DNA of 64,000 nucleotides, taken from contig CBDDPY010000002.1 in assembly GCA_965232515.1 (NCBI GenBank), forward strand, positions 6,711,573-6,775,572, in the 5' to 3' direction. Source of the stretch: Alphaproteobacteria bacterium. Lineage in GTDB: Bacteria > Pseudomonadota > Alphaproteobacteria > GCA-2731375. Shown here piece after piece: positions 28,437 through 38,042 of this stretch. The position numbers and the translations under genes are program-made. Under the pieces are notes generated by a model that saw only the letters and a list, made by a program, of their open reading frames with translations, ran no database searches and was not told the DNA's origin. Position 1 is the stretch's first letter. Every line of letters begins with the position of its first letter.

Positions 28437-30509
28437 ATGACAGAACAGAACACGCCCGCCCATCCGGTCTCGCTCGACGACCTGCTGCGGTCGAACAAGG
28501 ATCAGTTCGACAAGGTCTTCGACACCCAGATGCGCCGCATCGACGTCGGCGGTACGACCTATACGCCGGCCGCCGAAGAGGCGCCGCCGCCCAAGGTGGT
28601 CGTTGCGGCCGAACAGGAAAGCGAAATGCCGTCGGCGTCGCCGTCCGGCCAGGAACCGGTGCTGGCGCTCGCCGCGCCGGAGACGCTCACGCGCGTCGAG
28701 GCCCGGCCGAGCGCGGACGTGGATCCGGAGCGCGCGCCGGACGCGATCTCGCTTGATCTGGTCGAGGGCGCGTTGCGGAACGCCCGGCGCGAGATGGACG
28801 CCGCTCTGCGGTGGCAGGCCATCTCGCCGGCGATCCGCGACCAGCATGACGCGTTTCCGACGCTTGCCGACGCCGAGGGCCGAATGCTCGCCGGTTCGTT
28901 CGGCGGCTTTCTGCGGGACATGTTGCAGCAGCAGATGCCGGATCTGCAGCCGGGCGACGTGATCCTGCAGAGCGACCCCTACCGCAGCGACGGCGCGGTT
29001 GGCCACGTGAACGACTGGCTGGTGCTGATGCCGGTGTTCTACGGTGACGTGCCGGTCGGGTTCAGCGCCATGTGCGGCCACATGGTCGACGTCGGCGGGC
29101 CGGTGCCCGGCAGCCTGCCGACCTCGGCGACCTCGATCTTCGGCGAAGGCATCCGCATCCCGCCGATCAAGCTCTACGCGGGCGGTGAGCCGAACCGGGC
29201 CGTGCTCGACCTGTTATGGAATAACACCCGGACGCCCGACCTGAACTACGCCGATCTGATGGCGCTGGTTGCCGCCTGCCGGGTCGGCGAGCGGCGCCTG
29301 ATCGAGATCTGCGACCGCTTCGGCGTGGCGCCTTTCCGGCGCGCCGGCGAGGCGCTGCGCGAACGCACGAAACGCACCCTGCGGCGCCTGATCGTCCAAT
29401 ATCTGCCCGAGGAACCGCAGTCGTTCGAGGACCATATCGACAGCGACGGACGGGGGAACGGGCCGTTCAAGATCAAGCTGACGGTCTGGCGCGAGGGCGA
29501 GCAGGCCTTCTTCGACTGGACCGGAACGGCCGCCCAGGCGCCGGGGCCGGTCAACTTCTATCTGCATGACGGTCTGTTTAAATCCGTCGTCGGCGCCTAT
29601 TTGAGTCGGGCGGTCGATCCGCGTATCCAGCTCAACGATGCATTCTACGATCTGATCCACGTTACCCTGCCGAAGGGCTCGTTGCTGCGCCCGACATTTC
29701 CAGCAGCGCTTGGCGGACGCGCGCATGCCATGTCGCGGCAGTTCGACGTGCTGACGGGCGCCATGAGCCGCACCATGCCCCGCGAGGCGACGGCGGCCGG
29801 CTGCGGCTCCAGCCCGCAATTCCGCTTCGCCGGGATCGATCGCGACGGTCGACCCTTCCAGTTCGCGGATCACGTTTTCGGCGGCATTCCCGGCCGGCCC
29901 GTCGCCGACGGCATCGACGGCCATGCCTGGCAACCGATGGCCGAGACCGCGCCCGTCGAAACTCTCGAAAGCTGCTATCCTGTCATCGTCGAGCGTTGCG
30001 GCGCGGTGCCGGACTCCGGCGGGGTTGGACAGCATCGCGGCGGCAACGGGGTGGAGAAGGTCTACCTGCTGCTCGAGACGGGGGAGGTGTCAATTCACGA
30101 CGATCGCGAGCGCACGCAGCCCTGGGGTATTGGGGGCGGCGGGCCGGGCGCCAGTTCGGCGAAGTGGATCGAGCGGAAGGACGGCGAGCGCGCGCCGCTG
30201 CCGTCGAAGATTGATCGTCTCAAGGTGCGCAACGGCGACCGCATTATCTTCCGCACCGCCGCCGGCGGCGGCTGGGGCGATCCGCTGGAGCGCGATCCGG
30301 TTCGGGTCCGTAAAGATGTGGTCCGCGGCCTCGCGACCGCCGAAGCGACGCGGGCGGCCTACGGCGTCGTGCTGACAGAGGACGGCCTTGAGATTGACAT
30401 CGGCGCGACCGAGGAGTTGCGAGACGAAAAGCGCCGGAACCGGCGACCGACGTCGGCATTCGACTTCGGTGAGCGGCGGCGCGACAATGGCGACACGGAT
30501 ACGAGTTGA
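28437..30509 (+). CDS. hyuB: Hydantoinase B/oxoprolinase subunit (N-methylhydantoinase B-like) with roughly 95-aa Pro/Ala-rich N-terminal extension
   Basis: The conserved core begins near DAISLDLVEGALRNARREMD. The true start may be internal. Confidence 0.8.
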   Translation: MTEQNTPAHPVSLDDLLRSNKDQFDKVFDTQMRRIDVGGTTYTPAAEEAPPPKVVVAAEQESEMPSASPSGQEPVLALAAPETLTRVEARPSADVDPERAPDAISLDLVEGALRNARREMDAALRWQAISPAIRDQHDAFPTLADAEGRMLAGSFGGFLRDMLQQQMPDLQPGDVILQSDPYRSDGAVGHVNDWLVLMPVFYGDVPVGFSAMCGHMVDVGGPVPGSLPTSATSIFGEGIRIPPIKLYAGGEPNRAVLDLLWNNTRTPDLNYADLMALVAACRVGERRLIEICDRFGVAPFRRAGEALRERTKRTLRRLIVQYLPEEPQSFEDHIDSDGRGNGPFKIKLTVWREGEQAFFDWTGTAAQAPGPVNFYLHDGLFKSVVGAYLSRAVDPRIQLNDAFYDLIHVTLPKGSLLRPTFPAALGGRAHAMSRQFDVLTGAMSRTMPREATAAGCGSSPQFRFAGIDRDGRPFQFADHVFGGIPGRPVADGIDGHAWQPMAETAPVETLESCYPVIVERCGAVPDSGGVGQHRGGNGVEKVYLLLETGEVSIHDDRERTQPWGIGGGGPGASSAKWIERKDGERAPLPSKIDRLKVRNGDRIIFRTAAGGGWGDPLERDPVRVRKDVVRGLATAEATRAAYGVVLTEDGLEIDIGATEELRDEKRRNRRPTSAFDFGERRRDNGDTDTS

Positions 30510-30592
30510 GGACGACGGCCGATAATGGGCGTGCGTGAATTGCGTTTTCAAACGCGCGGCAGAGCAACGACAAAAAGACGGGTGCTGGGGAC

Positions 30593-33409
30593 ATGTACGA
30601 GATCGGAATATCACTGCTGATTGCGGCGATCGTTGTTATCGCGATCGTCTACATCATCTCCATCTGGATCTATAAACGCGCGCCGGCCAACATGGGCTTC
30701 ATTCGGACCGGCTTCCTCGGCACCAAAGTGTGTCTCGGCCGCGGCGCCATCGTGCTGCCGGTGTTCCATGAGGTCACCTGGATCTCGCTCGAGACCATCA
30801 AGCTGATCGTCAGCCGCTCGCGCGACCAGGCGATCCTGACCTCGGACAAGATCCGCGTCGATGTCGTCGCCGAGCTCTATGCCCATGTCGGCCATAGCGA
30901 GGACGCGCTGCTGACCGCCAGCCGCAGCCTGGGCGAGAAGACCTTCGATCCGGAAAAGGTCCGCAACCTGCTGGAAGCGAAGGTGGTGAGCGCGCTGCGC
31001 AGCTACGCGGCGACGAAGACGTTGACCGAGCTGCACGAGAACCGCGATGCCTTCGCGCAGGAGATCAAGGCGAATGTGCTGGAGAGCTTCAGCGCCAACG
31101 GTCTCATGCTCGAAGAGGTCACGATCGTGACCATGGAGCAGTCGTCGAAGGAATACTTCAAGACCGACAACGTGTTCGACGCCGAGGGCCTGAAGATCAT
31201 CACCGAGATCACCTCGGACGCCCGCCGGCGCGTGCATGACACCGAGAAAAAGACCACGGTCGCTATCCGCCAGAAGGATCTGGACACGCAGCTCGAGCTG
31301 CTCGAGATCGAGCGGCAGGAGGCCTTCGCGCGCGCCGATCAGGACAAGTCTGTCGCCAACGAGCAGGCGCTGCAGCTCGGCCAGAAGCAGATCTACGTGC
31401 TGGACCAGCGCATGGCCGTCGAAGAAAAGGAGATCGAGAACGACAAGAACCTCGAACGGCTGCGCACGGAACGCGATGTCGCGGTCACCGAGGAGGCGAA
31501 GAAGCGCGAGATCGCCGAGATCCAGAAGGCCCTGGCGTTGGAGCAGGAGCGGCGCGACCGCGAGATCGCCATCATCGCCAAGGCCGAGCAGGAGGAGCTC
31601 GCCAATATCGGCCGCAATCTGTCGCTGGAGAAGGCCGAGAAGGATCGCGAAATCGAGCTGATCGGGAAGGCGAAGCAGGAGGAACTGGCCGAGATCCAGC
31701 GCGGGCTCGAGCGCGAGCGTGCCGAGAAGGACCGCGAGATCGAGCTGACTGAGAAGGAGCGCGAGCGGCAACAGGCCGAGATCCAGCGCGTCACCGCCGT
31801 GACCGAGGATGAAGAAGTCGCGCGCGACAAGCGGCACCAGGTCGCCGAAGCGACAGCGCTCGCCATGCGCAAGCGCAGCCTCGAAACCAAGCTCGCCATG
31901 CTGAACATCGACAAGGACGAGGCCGTGGCGGCCGCCGTGCAGCAGCAGGAAGTCTCTCACGAGAAGGCCCGCGTGCTGAGCGAGCAGCAGCGTTTCGTGC
32001 TGGAGCAGCGCTGGCAGGTCGAGAAGGAGGAGATCGAGAAAGCGCTGGCGCTGGAGAAGGCGCAGATCAACAAGGAAGCCGCGATCCTCGAGGAGTCGAA
32101 AGTGCGCGAGGCGGCCGAGATCCGTCGCACGCTCGCCCGCGAGCAGGAGGAGCGGGACCGCGAGATCGCGCTCGTGGCCAAGGCCGAGGAGCTGGAGCGC
32201 GCGGAGATCCGCCGGGCGCTGGCCCGCGAGCAGGAGGAGCGCGACAGCCAAGTGGCGCTGGTCGCCAAGGATGGCGAGGTCCGCCGGGCCGAGGTGCAGC
32301 AGACGCTGCAGGTCGAGATGGCCGAGCGCGACCGCGAGATTTCGCTGATCTCCAAGGAACAGGAGCGCGAAAAGGTGGATATCCAGCGCTTCCTGGCGCG
32401 CGAGGTCGAGGAGCGCAACCGCGAGATCGTGCTGGTCGACAAGACCCGCGAGCTGGAGGAGGTCGAGGCGAAGCGGCTGCAAACCACGGCCGAGAAGGAG
32501 CGGGCCGAGCATGCGGTCCAATCGGTGCGCCAGCGGGCCGATGCCGAGCTGTCGAAGGAGATCGATTTGATCTCGGCGGCGAAGCTGGCCGAGAGCCGGC
32601 GGATCGACGAGGAAAACAAGGCTCAGATTACGCGCATGCACATGCTGACTCAGTCGGAGGCCCGCAAGGCCGCGGCGCAGCAGGAATCGGAGGCGACGCT
32701 GATTCGGGCGCGGGCCACCAGCGAGGCTCAGAAGATCACCGCCGACGGCATCGAGCGCGAGGCCGGCGCCAAGGGCCGCGCCGAAGCGGAGATCGAGGCG
32801 CTCAAGGCCGACAACGCCAAGCGCATGCTGGAGGCCGAGGCCAGCGGCATCGAGGCCAAGGCCGACGCCTTGAAGAAGTACAACGACGCCGCGACATTCC
32901 TGGAGCTCGCGAAGCTGCACATCGAGGCCGAGCGCGATATCCATATCGATCAGGCCAAGGCGATGGGCAACGCGTTGTCGGGCGCGCAGATCCGCATGTA
33001 TGGCGGCGGCGACGGCACGGTCGACACCATTCGCGGCATGTTCACCTCCGGCTTCGGCCTGGGCGAGGCGCTGGAAGGCGTGGCCCAGTCGTTGCCCGAG
33101 GGCATTCGCGAGCGCTTTGCCGAGAACGGCATCCGCGGCCTGTTCGGTCGTCCCGGCGGCAACGGCGAGTTCCGCCAGTCGGTCGCGCGGCTGGCCGAGC
33201 TGGTGCAGAGCAACATGCGCTCGCGCAAGGCGCGCGAGGTGCCGTTCAAGGACGCCATGGCGACGCTGCAGGCGCAGGTCGGCGACGACGCGGCGGCGGG
33301 CCGCGCGCTGACGGTGTTGAACGAGCTCAACGCCAACGGCACCTTCGACGAGGTGCCGTTCGAGAGCGTCTGGTCGCTTCTGCAGGCGACGATGAAGGCG
33401 GCGGATTGA
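30593..33409 (+). CDS. Flotillin/SPFH (band-7, YqiK-like) protein with expanded coiled-coil tandem repeats
   Basis: N-terminal TM helix plus an SPFH domain (GFIRTGFLG...VVAELYAHV). About eight 25-30-aa repeats of the form E(K/R)DREI-L(I/V)-KA-QEELAEIQR-L. Confidence 0.75.
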   Translation: MYEIGISLLIAAIVVIAIVYIISIWIYKRAPANMGFIRTGFLGTKVCLGRGAIVLPVFHEVTWISLETIKLIVSRSRDQAILTSDKIRVDVVAELYAHVGHSEDALLTASRSLGEKTFDPEKVRNLLEAKVVSALRSYAATKTLTELHENRDAFAQEIKANVLESFSANGLMLEEVTIVTMEQSSKEYFKTDNVFDAEGLKIITEITSDARRRVHDTEKKTTVAIRQKDLDTQLELLEIERQEAFARADQDKSVANEQALQLGQKQIYVLDQRMAVEEKEIENDKNLERLRTERDVAVTEEAKKREIAEIQKALALEQERRDREIAIIAKAEQEELANIGRNLSLEKAEKDREIELIGKAKQEELAEIQRGLERERAEKDREIELTEKERERQQAEIQRVTAVTEDEEVARDKRHQVAEATALAMRKRSLETKLAMLNIDKDEAVAAAVQQQEVSHEKARVLSEQQRFVLEQRWQVEKEEIEKALALEKAQINKEAAILEESKVREAAEIRRTLAREQEERDREIALVAKAEELERAEIRRALAREQEERDSQVALVAKDGEVRRAEVQQTLQVEMAERDREISLISKEQEREKVDIQRFLAREVEERNREIVLVDKTRELEEVEAKRLQTTAEKERAEHAVQSVRQRADAELSKEIDLISAAKLAESRRIDEENKAQITRMHMLTQSEARKAAAQQESEATLIRARATSEAQKITADGIEREAGAKGRAEAEIEALKADNAKRMLEAEASGIEAKADALKKYNDAATFLELAKLHIEAERDIHIDQAKAMGNALSGAQIRMYGGGDGTVDTIRGMFTSGFGLGEALEGVAQSLPEGIRERFAENGIRGLFGRPGGNGEFRQSVARLAELVQSNMRSRKAREVPFKDAMATLQAQVGDDAAAGRALTVLNELNANGTFDEVPFESVWSLLQATMKAAD

Positions 33410-33425
33410 GCGCGTAACCGGGCCG

Positions 33426-34508
33426 ATGCCGCAGTACGACGTCATCCTGGAGCATGTCGACAAGACCTTCGACGGTGACGTCCGAGCGGTGATCGACTTC
33501 AACGCTGAGATCGAGCAGGGCGAGTTCGTCGCCATGCTCGGTCCCAGCGGCTGCGGCAAGACCACGACACTGCGCATGATCGGCGGCCTGGAGGAGGTGA
33601 CGGCCGGCAAGATTTTCATCGCCGGCCAGGACGTGACCGATCTGCCGCCGTCGCATCGCGACACGGCGATGATGTTTCAGAGCTTCGCGCTGTTCCCGCA
33701 CCGCACCGTGTTCCAGAACGTCGAGTTCAGCTTGAAGATGAAAGGCATCGCGCCGGACGAGCGGGCGCGTCATGTCTGGGAAATGTTGGAGATGGTCGGC
33801 CTCGCCGATTTCTCCAGTCGGCGTCCGAGCGACCTCAGCGGCGGTCAGCAGCAACGCGTGGCCTTGGCCCGCGCGCTGATCAGCCGGCCGACGGTGCTCT
33901 TGCTGGACGAGCCGCTGGGCGCGCTCGACTACAACCTGCGTCAGACCATGATGGTCGAGCTGAAGAAGATCCAGCGCGAGACCGGCATCACCTTCATCAT
34001 GGTCACGCACTCGCAGCAGGAAGCCATGTCGATGGCCGACAAGGTCATCGTCATGAGCGACTCCGTGATCCAGCAGATCGGCACCTCGCGTGAAATCCAT
34101 GAGTATCCGCGCACCAAATTCGTCGCCGAGTTCATTGGCAACAACAACCTGTTCCCCGGCGTGATCAAGTCGCGGAGCGGCTCGATCATCTTCGTCGAGT
34201 TCAACGACCATCTGCTCTATGTGAAAGCGCCCGAGGAATTGCGCGATGTCGAGGTGGGCCGGGAGATCTATTTCTCCGTCCGCGCCGACCTCATGCATGC
34301 CGGCGACCACCCCGACATGGCGAACCGGATCGAGGGCAGCTACGTCACCACAGAGTTCATGGGCACGCTGGAAACGGATGTCTTCGAGGTCGCGCCCGGC
34401 ATCTACGTGCATGTCGAGCAGCACCGCAAGGTAACCGACCATGTCTACAGCATGGGCGACCGCGAAACGATCTGCTGGGCGGCCGAGGCCGGCGTCATTC
34501 TGGAATAA
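33426..34508 (+). CDS. ABC transporter ATP-binding protein (PotA/spermidine-putrescine type)
   Basis: GPSGCGKTT Walker A, LSGGQQQRVALARAL signature, LLLDEPLGALD, and a C-terminal TOBE-like domain. Confidence 0.85.
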   Translation: MPQYDVILEHVDKTFDGDVRAVIDFNAEIEQGEFVAMLGPSGCGKTTTLRMIGGLEEVTAGKIFIAGQDVTDLPPSHRDTAMMFQSFALFPHRTVFQNVEFSLKMKGIAPDERARHVWEMLEMVGLADFSSRRPSDLSGGQQQRVALARALISRPTVLLLDEPLGALDYNLRQTMMVELKKIQRETGITFIMVTHSQQEAMSMADKVIVMSDSVIQQIGTSREIHEYPRTKFVAEFIGNNNLFPGVIKSRSGSIIFVEFNDHLLYVKAPEELRDVEVGREIYFSVRADLMHAGDHPDMANRIEGSYVTTEFMGTLETDVFEVAPGIYVHVEQHRKVTDHVYSMGDRETICWAAEAGVILE

Positions 34509-34552
34509 CCGCCGGCTGCCCATTGGTATCTCCAAAATCGGGTGAGTAAGGC

Positions 34553-36019
34553 ATGACCAAGGGAGAAGGCGAGCGCGCCTTGCGGGTGGCGGTGATCGGC
34601 GCCGGCATGTCGGGCATTCTCGCCGCCATCAAGCTGCGCGAGGCCGGCATCACCGACATCGCGATCTACGAGAAGGCAGACCGTCTGGGCGGCACGTGGC
34701 GCGACAACACCTATCCCGGCCTGTCCTGCGACGTGCCCTCCCACCTCTACACCTATTCTTTCGAGCCGAACCCGGACTGGAGCCATCGCTTTTCGCCCGG
34801 GGCCGAGATCCAGGCCTATTTCGAGAAGGTCGCGGCGAAATACGACGTCGAGCCGCTGATCGCCTACAACGCCGAGGTCACGCGCGCCGCGTTCGAGGAC
34901 GGCAAGTGGCGGCTTGAGATCAAGGACGGGCGGACCGATTTGGTCGACATCGTGTTGACCGCGACCGGCGTGCTGCACCACCCGGTCTACCCAACGATCG
35001 ACGGTCTCACCAGCTTTGCCGGCGCCTGTTTCCACAGCGCGCGTTGGGACCACGGCGTGCCGCTCGCGGGCAAACGGGTCGGCATCATCGGCACCGGCTC
35101 GACCGGCGTTCAGATCCTGCCCGCCATCGTCGACGAGGTCGCCTCGATCAGCCTGTTCCAGCGCACCGCGCAATGGATCCTGCCGCTGCCGAATCCCGCG
35201 CACAGCGAAGAGGAGAAGGCGGCGTTCCGGGCATCGCCCGAGCTGCTGCGGGCGACCTACCTCGATCTGGCGGAGCGGTTCCAGAACACCTTCGCCCGCG
35301 CCGTGGTCGGCGATTCCGCGCAGATGCAGCGCATCGCGGATGCCTGCCAGGCGAACCTTGACGACAATGTCGCCGATCCCGAGCTGCGGCAAAAGTTGAC
35401 GCCGGACTATCAGGTCGCCTGCAAACGCCTGATCATGTCGGATCAGTTCTATCCCGCGATCCAGAAACCGAACGCCCATCTAGTGACCGAGGCGATCACC
35501 CGCATCGAGCCCGAGGGCGTGCGCGCCGCCGATGGGCAACTGCACGAGCTGGACGTGCTGGTGCTGGCGACCGGCTTCGACGGCCACCGCTTCATGCGGC
35601 CGATGCAAATCGTCGGCCGCGACGGCCGGACCTTGGAAGACGCCTGGGCCGCCGCGAACGAGGCCTATCGCTCGGTCGCTGTGCCCGGCTTCCCGAACTT
35701 CTTCACGATGGTCGGTCCGAACAGCCCGATCGGCAATTTCTCGCTGATCATGATCTCCGAGATGCAGCTCGCCTACATCATGCAGCTCATCGAGCTGGTC
35801 CGGACGGGCGAATGCCGGGAGGTCGCGCCGACCGCGGCCGCGACTGTGCGCTTCAACGCTGCCATCAAGGAGGCCATGAAAGGCACGGTCTGGGTTACCG
35901 GCTGCCGCAGCTGGTATCTCGACAAGAACGGCAATCCGGCGATGTGGCCCTGGACCTTCGAGCGCTTTGAGGCCGAGATGGCCAAGCCCGACCTCAGCGA
36001 ATTCGAGCTCGTCGCCTGA
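34553..36019 (+). CDS. Class B flavin-containing / Baeyer-Villiger-type monooxygenase
   Basis: VAVIGAGMSGI FAD motif, DRLGGTW, and GKRVGIIGTGSTG NADPH motif. Confidence 0.8.
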   Translation: MTKGEGERALRVAVIGAGMSGILAAIKLREAGITDIAIYEKADRLGGTWRDNTYPGLSCDVPSHLYTYSFEPNPDWSHRFSPGAEIQAYFEKVAAKYDVEPLIAYNAEVTRAAFEDGKWRLEIKDGRTDLVDIVLTATGVLHHPVYPTIDGLTSFAGACFHSARWDHGVPLAGKRVGIIGTGSTGVQILPAIVDEVASISLFQRTAQWILPLPNPAHSEEEKAAFRASPELLRATYLDLAERFQNTFARAVVGDSAQMQRIADACQANLDDNVADPELRQKLTPDYQVACKRLIMSDQFYPAIQKPNAHLVTEAITRIEPEGVRAADGQLHELDVLVLATGFDGHRFMRPMQIVGRDGRTLEDAWAAANEAYRSVAVPGFPNFFTMVGPNSPIGNFSLIMISEMQLAYIMQLIELVRTGECREVAPTAAATVRFNAAIKEAMKGTVWVTGCRSWYLDKNGNPAMWPWTFERFEAEMAKPDLSEFELVA

Positions 36020-36140
36020 GTTCCTGGATGCCCGGATCAAGTCCGGGCATGACGTTGCGGTGATGCGATCGGACCAAATTCGTCATTACCGGGCTTGACC
36101 CGGTAATCCAGTCAGCGGTCCATGCGGATTGGAAGCTGCG

Positions 36141-36968
36141 TCACCTGAACCGGCGCATCAGCAGCGTGTAGATCACCAGGAACAGGCCGATCATCAGCAG
36201 CGAGAACACGGTCGACGCCGTGCCCAGCGCAAACAATGTCGGTCTTATGCGCTGGGTCATCGAGGCGTTGATGTCGAGCGGCAGGGTGTTGAACTCGCCG
36301 GCGAGCAATGTGGTGCGCGCGAACTCGTCGTAGGACAGCGTGAAGCCGAACAACCCGGCGGCGACGATGCCGGGCGTGATCAGCGGCAGCGTCACCTCCT
36401 TGAAGACCGTCCATTCGTCGGCGCCCATATCGCGGGCCGCCTCCTCCAGTCTGCCGTCGAAACGGTTGAACACGGCCATCATCACCAGGAAGCCGAACGG
36501 CAAGGTCCAGACCACGTGCACGCCCAGCGCCGAGGAATACCAGGCCGGCGGAATGCCGATCTGCCGCATCAGTGAGGCGAGGCCGAGGCTGAGCAGAATG
36601 CCGGGCACCATCAGGCCCGCCATCACCGTGTAGAACAGCACGTTCGACCCGGTGAAACGCTTGCGGAAGGCCATCGCCAGCATGGTCGAGAACAAAGCCG
36701 TAATGACCATGACGATCAGCGCCAGGATCAGCGAGCGCAACAGCGCGCCCTGCAGATCGCCGACAGTGGACGGCTCGATCAGCTTCTGCCACCAGTGCAG
36801 ACTGAAGCCGCGCATGGGAAAGCTGGTGCCGCCGCGACGGCCCTGGAACGACAGCACGAACATCGCGATCATCGGGCCGTAGATGAACAGGATGAAGATG
36901 ACGTAGTAGACGCTGAACCCGCCCTTGATCCAGGCTTTCTTGCGGCGCTCCGGGGTCCAGCGCGCCAT
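36141..36968 (-). CDS. ABC transporter permease (PotC-like)
   Basis: Six TM helices in a binding-protein-dependent inner-membrane component layout. Confidence 0.8.
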   Translation of the reverse strand: MARWTPERRKKAWIKGGFSVYYVIFILFIYGPMIAMFVLSFQGRRGGTSFPMRGFSLHWWQKLIEPSTVGDLQGALLRSLILALIVMVITALFSTMLAMAFRKRFTGSNVLFYTVMAGLMVPGILLSLGLASLMRQIGIPPAWYSSALGVHVVWTLPFGFLVMMAVFNRFDGRLEEAARDMGADEWTVFKEVTLPLITPGIVAAGLFGFTLSYDEFARTTLLAGEFNTLPLDINASMTQRIRPTLFALGTASTVFSLLMIGLFLVIYTLLMRRFR

Positions 36969-36969
36969 C

Positions 36970-37950
36970 TCAGAGCTCCTTGCGGATGTTGACGACGCGC
37001 AGGATCACGACCACGCCGATCATCATGGCCAGCATCAGCATCAACGCGTTGACCGCCGCGAAGGGATAGTTCGCGATCGCGTAATAGTTCAGGATCACCG
37101 TGCCGGTGGTCGTGGTCTTGCCGCCATAGACCACGACGGCCGTGGCGAATTCGCCCATGATCATGACGAAGATGAAGATCATGCCGATGGCCACGCCCGG
37201 CAGCGACAGCGGGCCGATGATCTCGCGGAAGATCTGGAACGACGTCGCGCCCATGTCGCGCGCGGCTTCCAGGATCGCCTTGTCGATCTTCGCCAGCGAA
37301 AAGAAGATCGGCCCGACGCAGAGCACGACATAGAGCTGCACCAGCGCCATGGTGTAGCCGAACTCCGAATAGAGCAGCAGGCTTGTCGGCTTGTCGATGG
37401 CGCCGATATTGATCAGGAACGTGTTCAACAGCCCGCGCCGGCCCAGCATCGGCAGCCAGGCCACGGCGCGGATCAGATAGCTGGTCCAGAACGGCACCAT
37501 GGCCAGCAGGAACAGCGCCATCTGCCACTTGAACGACTGCACCTGCATGGCCAGGAAGTAGGCGATGGGATAGCCGACGATCAGGCACAGCACCATGACC
37601 GCCAGCGTGAAATAGAGCGTCGAGCCCAGCGTGCGCAGGAACACGCTCGGCGTCAGGAAGCGATCACTCTCGGGGTCGAAAAAGCCCTCCGCCTCGAAAT
37701 AGGCGCGATAGTTCTCCAGCGTCAGCGCCGGCTCCATACCGTGGCCGGACGACGACCAGAAGCTGAAGACGATGATGCCGAGCAGCGGCAGCACCAGAAA
37801 CAGGATCAGCCAGGCGCTCGGCAGCGTGATCAACCAGGCCGTCGGGAAGCCGGGCTCGCGCCGCAGCTTCTTGGCCTCGTCGATTGCTTGCGGCGGGACC
37901 GGCTGGCTGCCGATCAGGCCGGCGTGATGTGTATCGGCGATCTGCTGCAT
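36970..37950 (-). CDS. ABC transporter permease (PotB-like)
   Basis: Polytopic, with an EAARDMGAT EAA loop. Confidence 0.8.
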   Translation of the reverse strand: MQQIADTHHAGLIGSQPVPPQAIDEAKKLRREPGFPTAWLITLPSAWLILFLVLPLLGIIVFSFWSSSGHGMEPALTLENYRAYFEAEGFFDPESDRFLTPSVFLRTLGSTLYFTLAVMVLCLIVGYPIAYFLAMQVQSFKWQMALFLLAMVPFWTSYLIRAVAWLPMLGRRGLLNTFLINIGAIDKPTSLLLYSEFGYTMALVQLYVVLCVGPIFFSLAKIDKAILEAARDMGATSFQIFREIIGPLSLPGVAIGMIFIFVMIMGEFATAVVVYGGKTTTTGTVILNYYAIANYPFAAVNALMLMLAMMIGVVVILRVVNIRKEL

Positions 37951-38042
37951 GCTGGCATCGACGACGCGTTACGACCGAAACGGGCGGGCGCGGCCATTGC
38001 CGCCCCGCCCGCCGGTTACACCATTGATTGCCGGACCCGCGC

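Noticed and set aside
31400-32500. Periodic DNA repeats that might suggest a CRISPR or satellite array
   Set aside because: The repeats are in-frame coding repeats of the flotillin coiled coil. They are degenerate and have no spacer/repeat regularity. No CRISPR arrays were found anywhere in the window.
30611-33664. 1017-aa minus-strand ORF opposite the flotillin gene
   Set aside because: It mirrors the repetitive flotillin coding repeats in antisense, and its translated sequence is low-complexity L/R/D/G. The plus strand has the SPFH domain and a sensible start.
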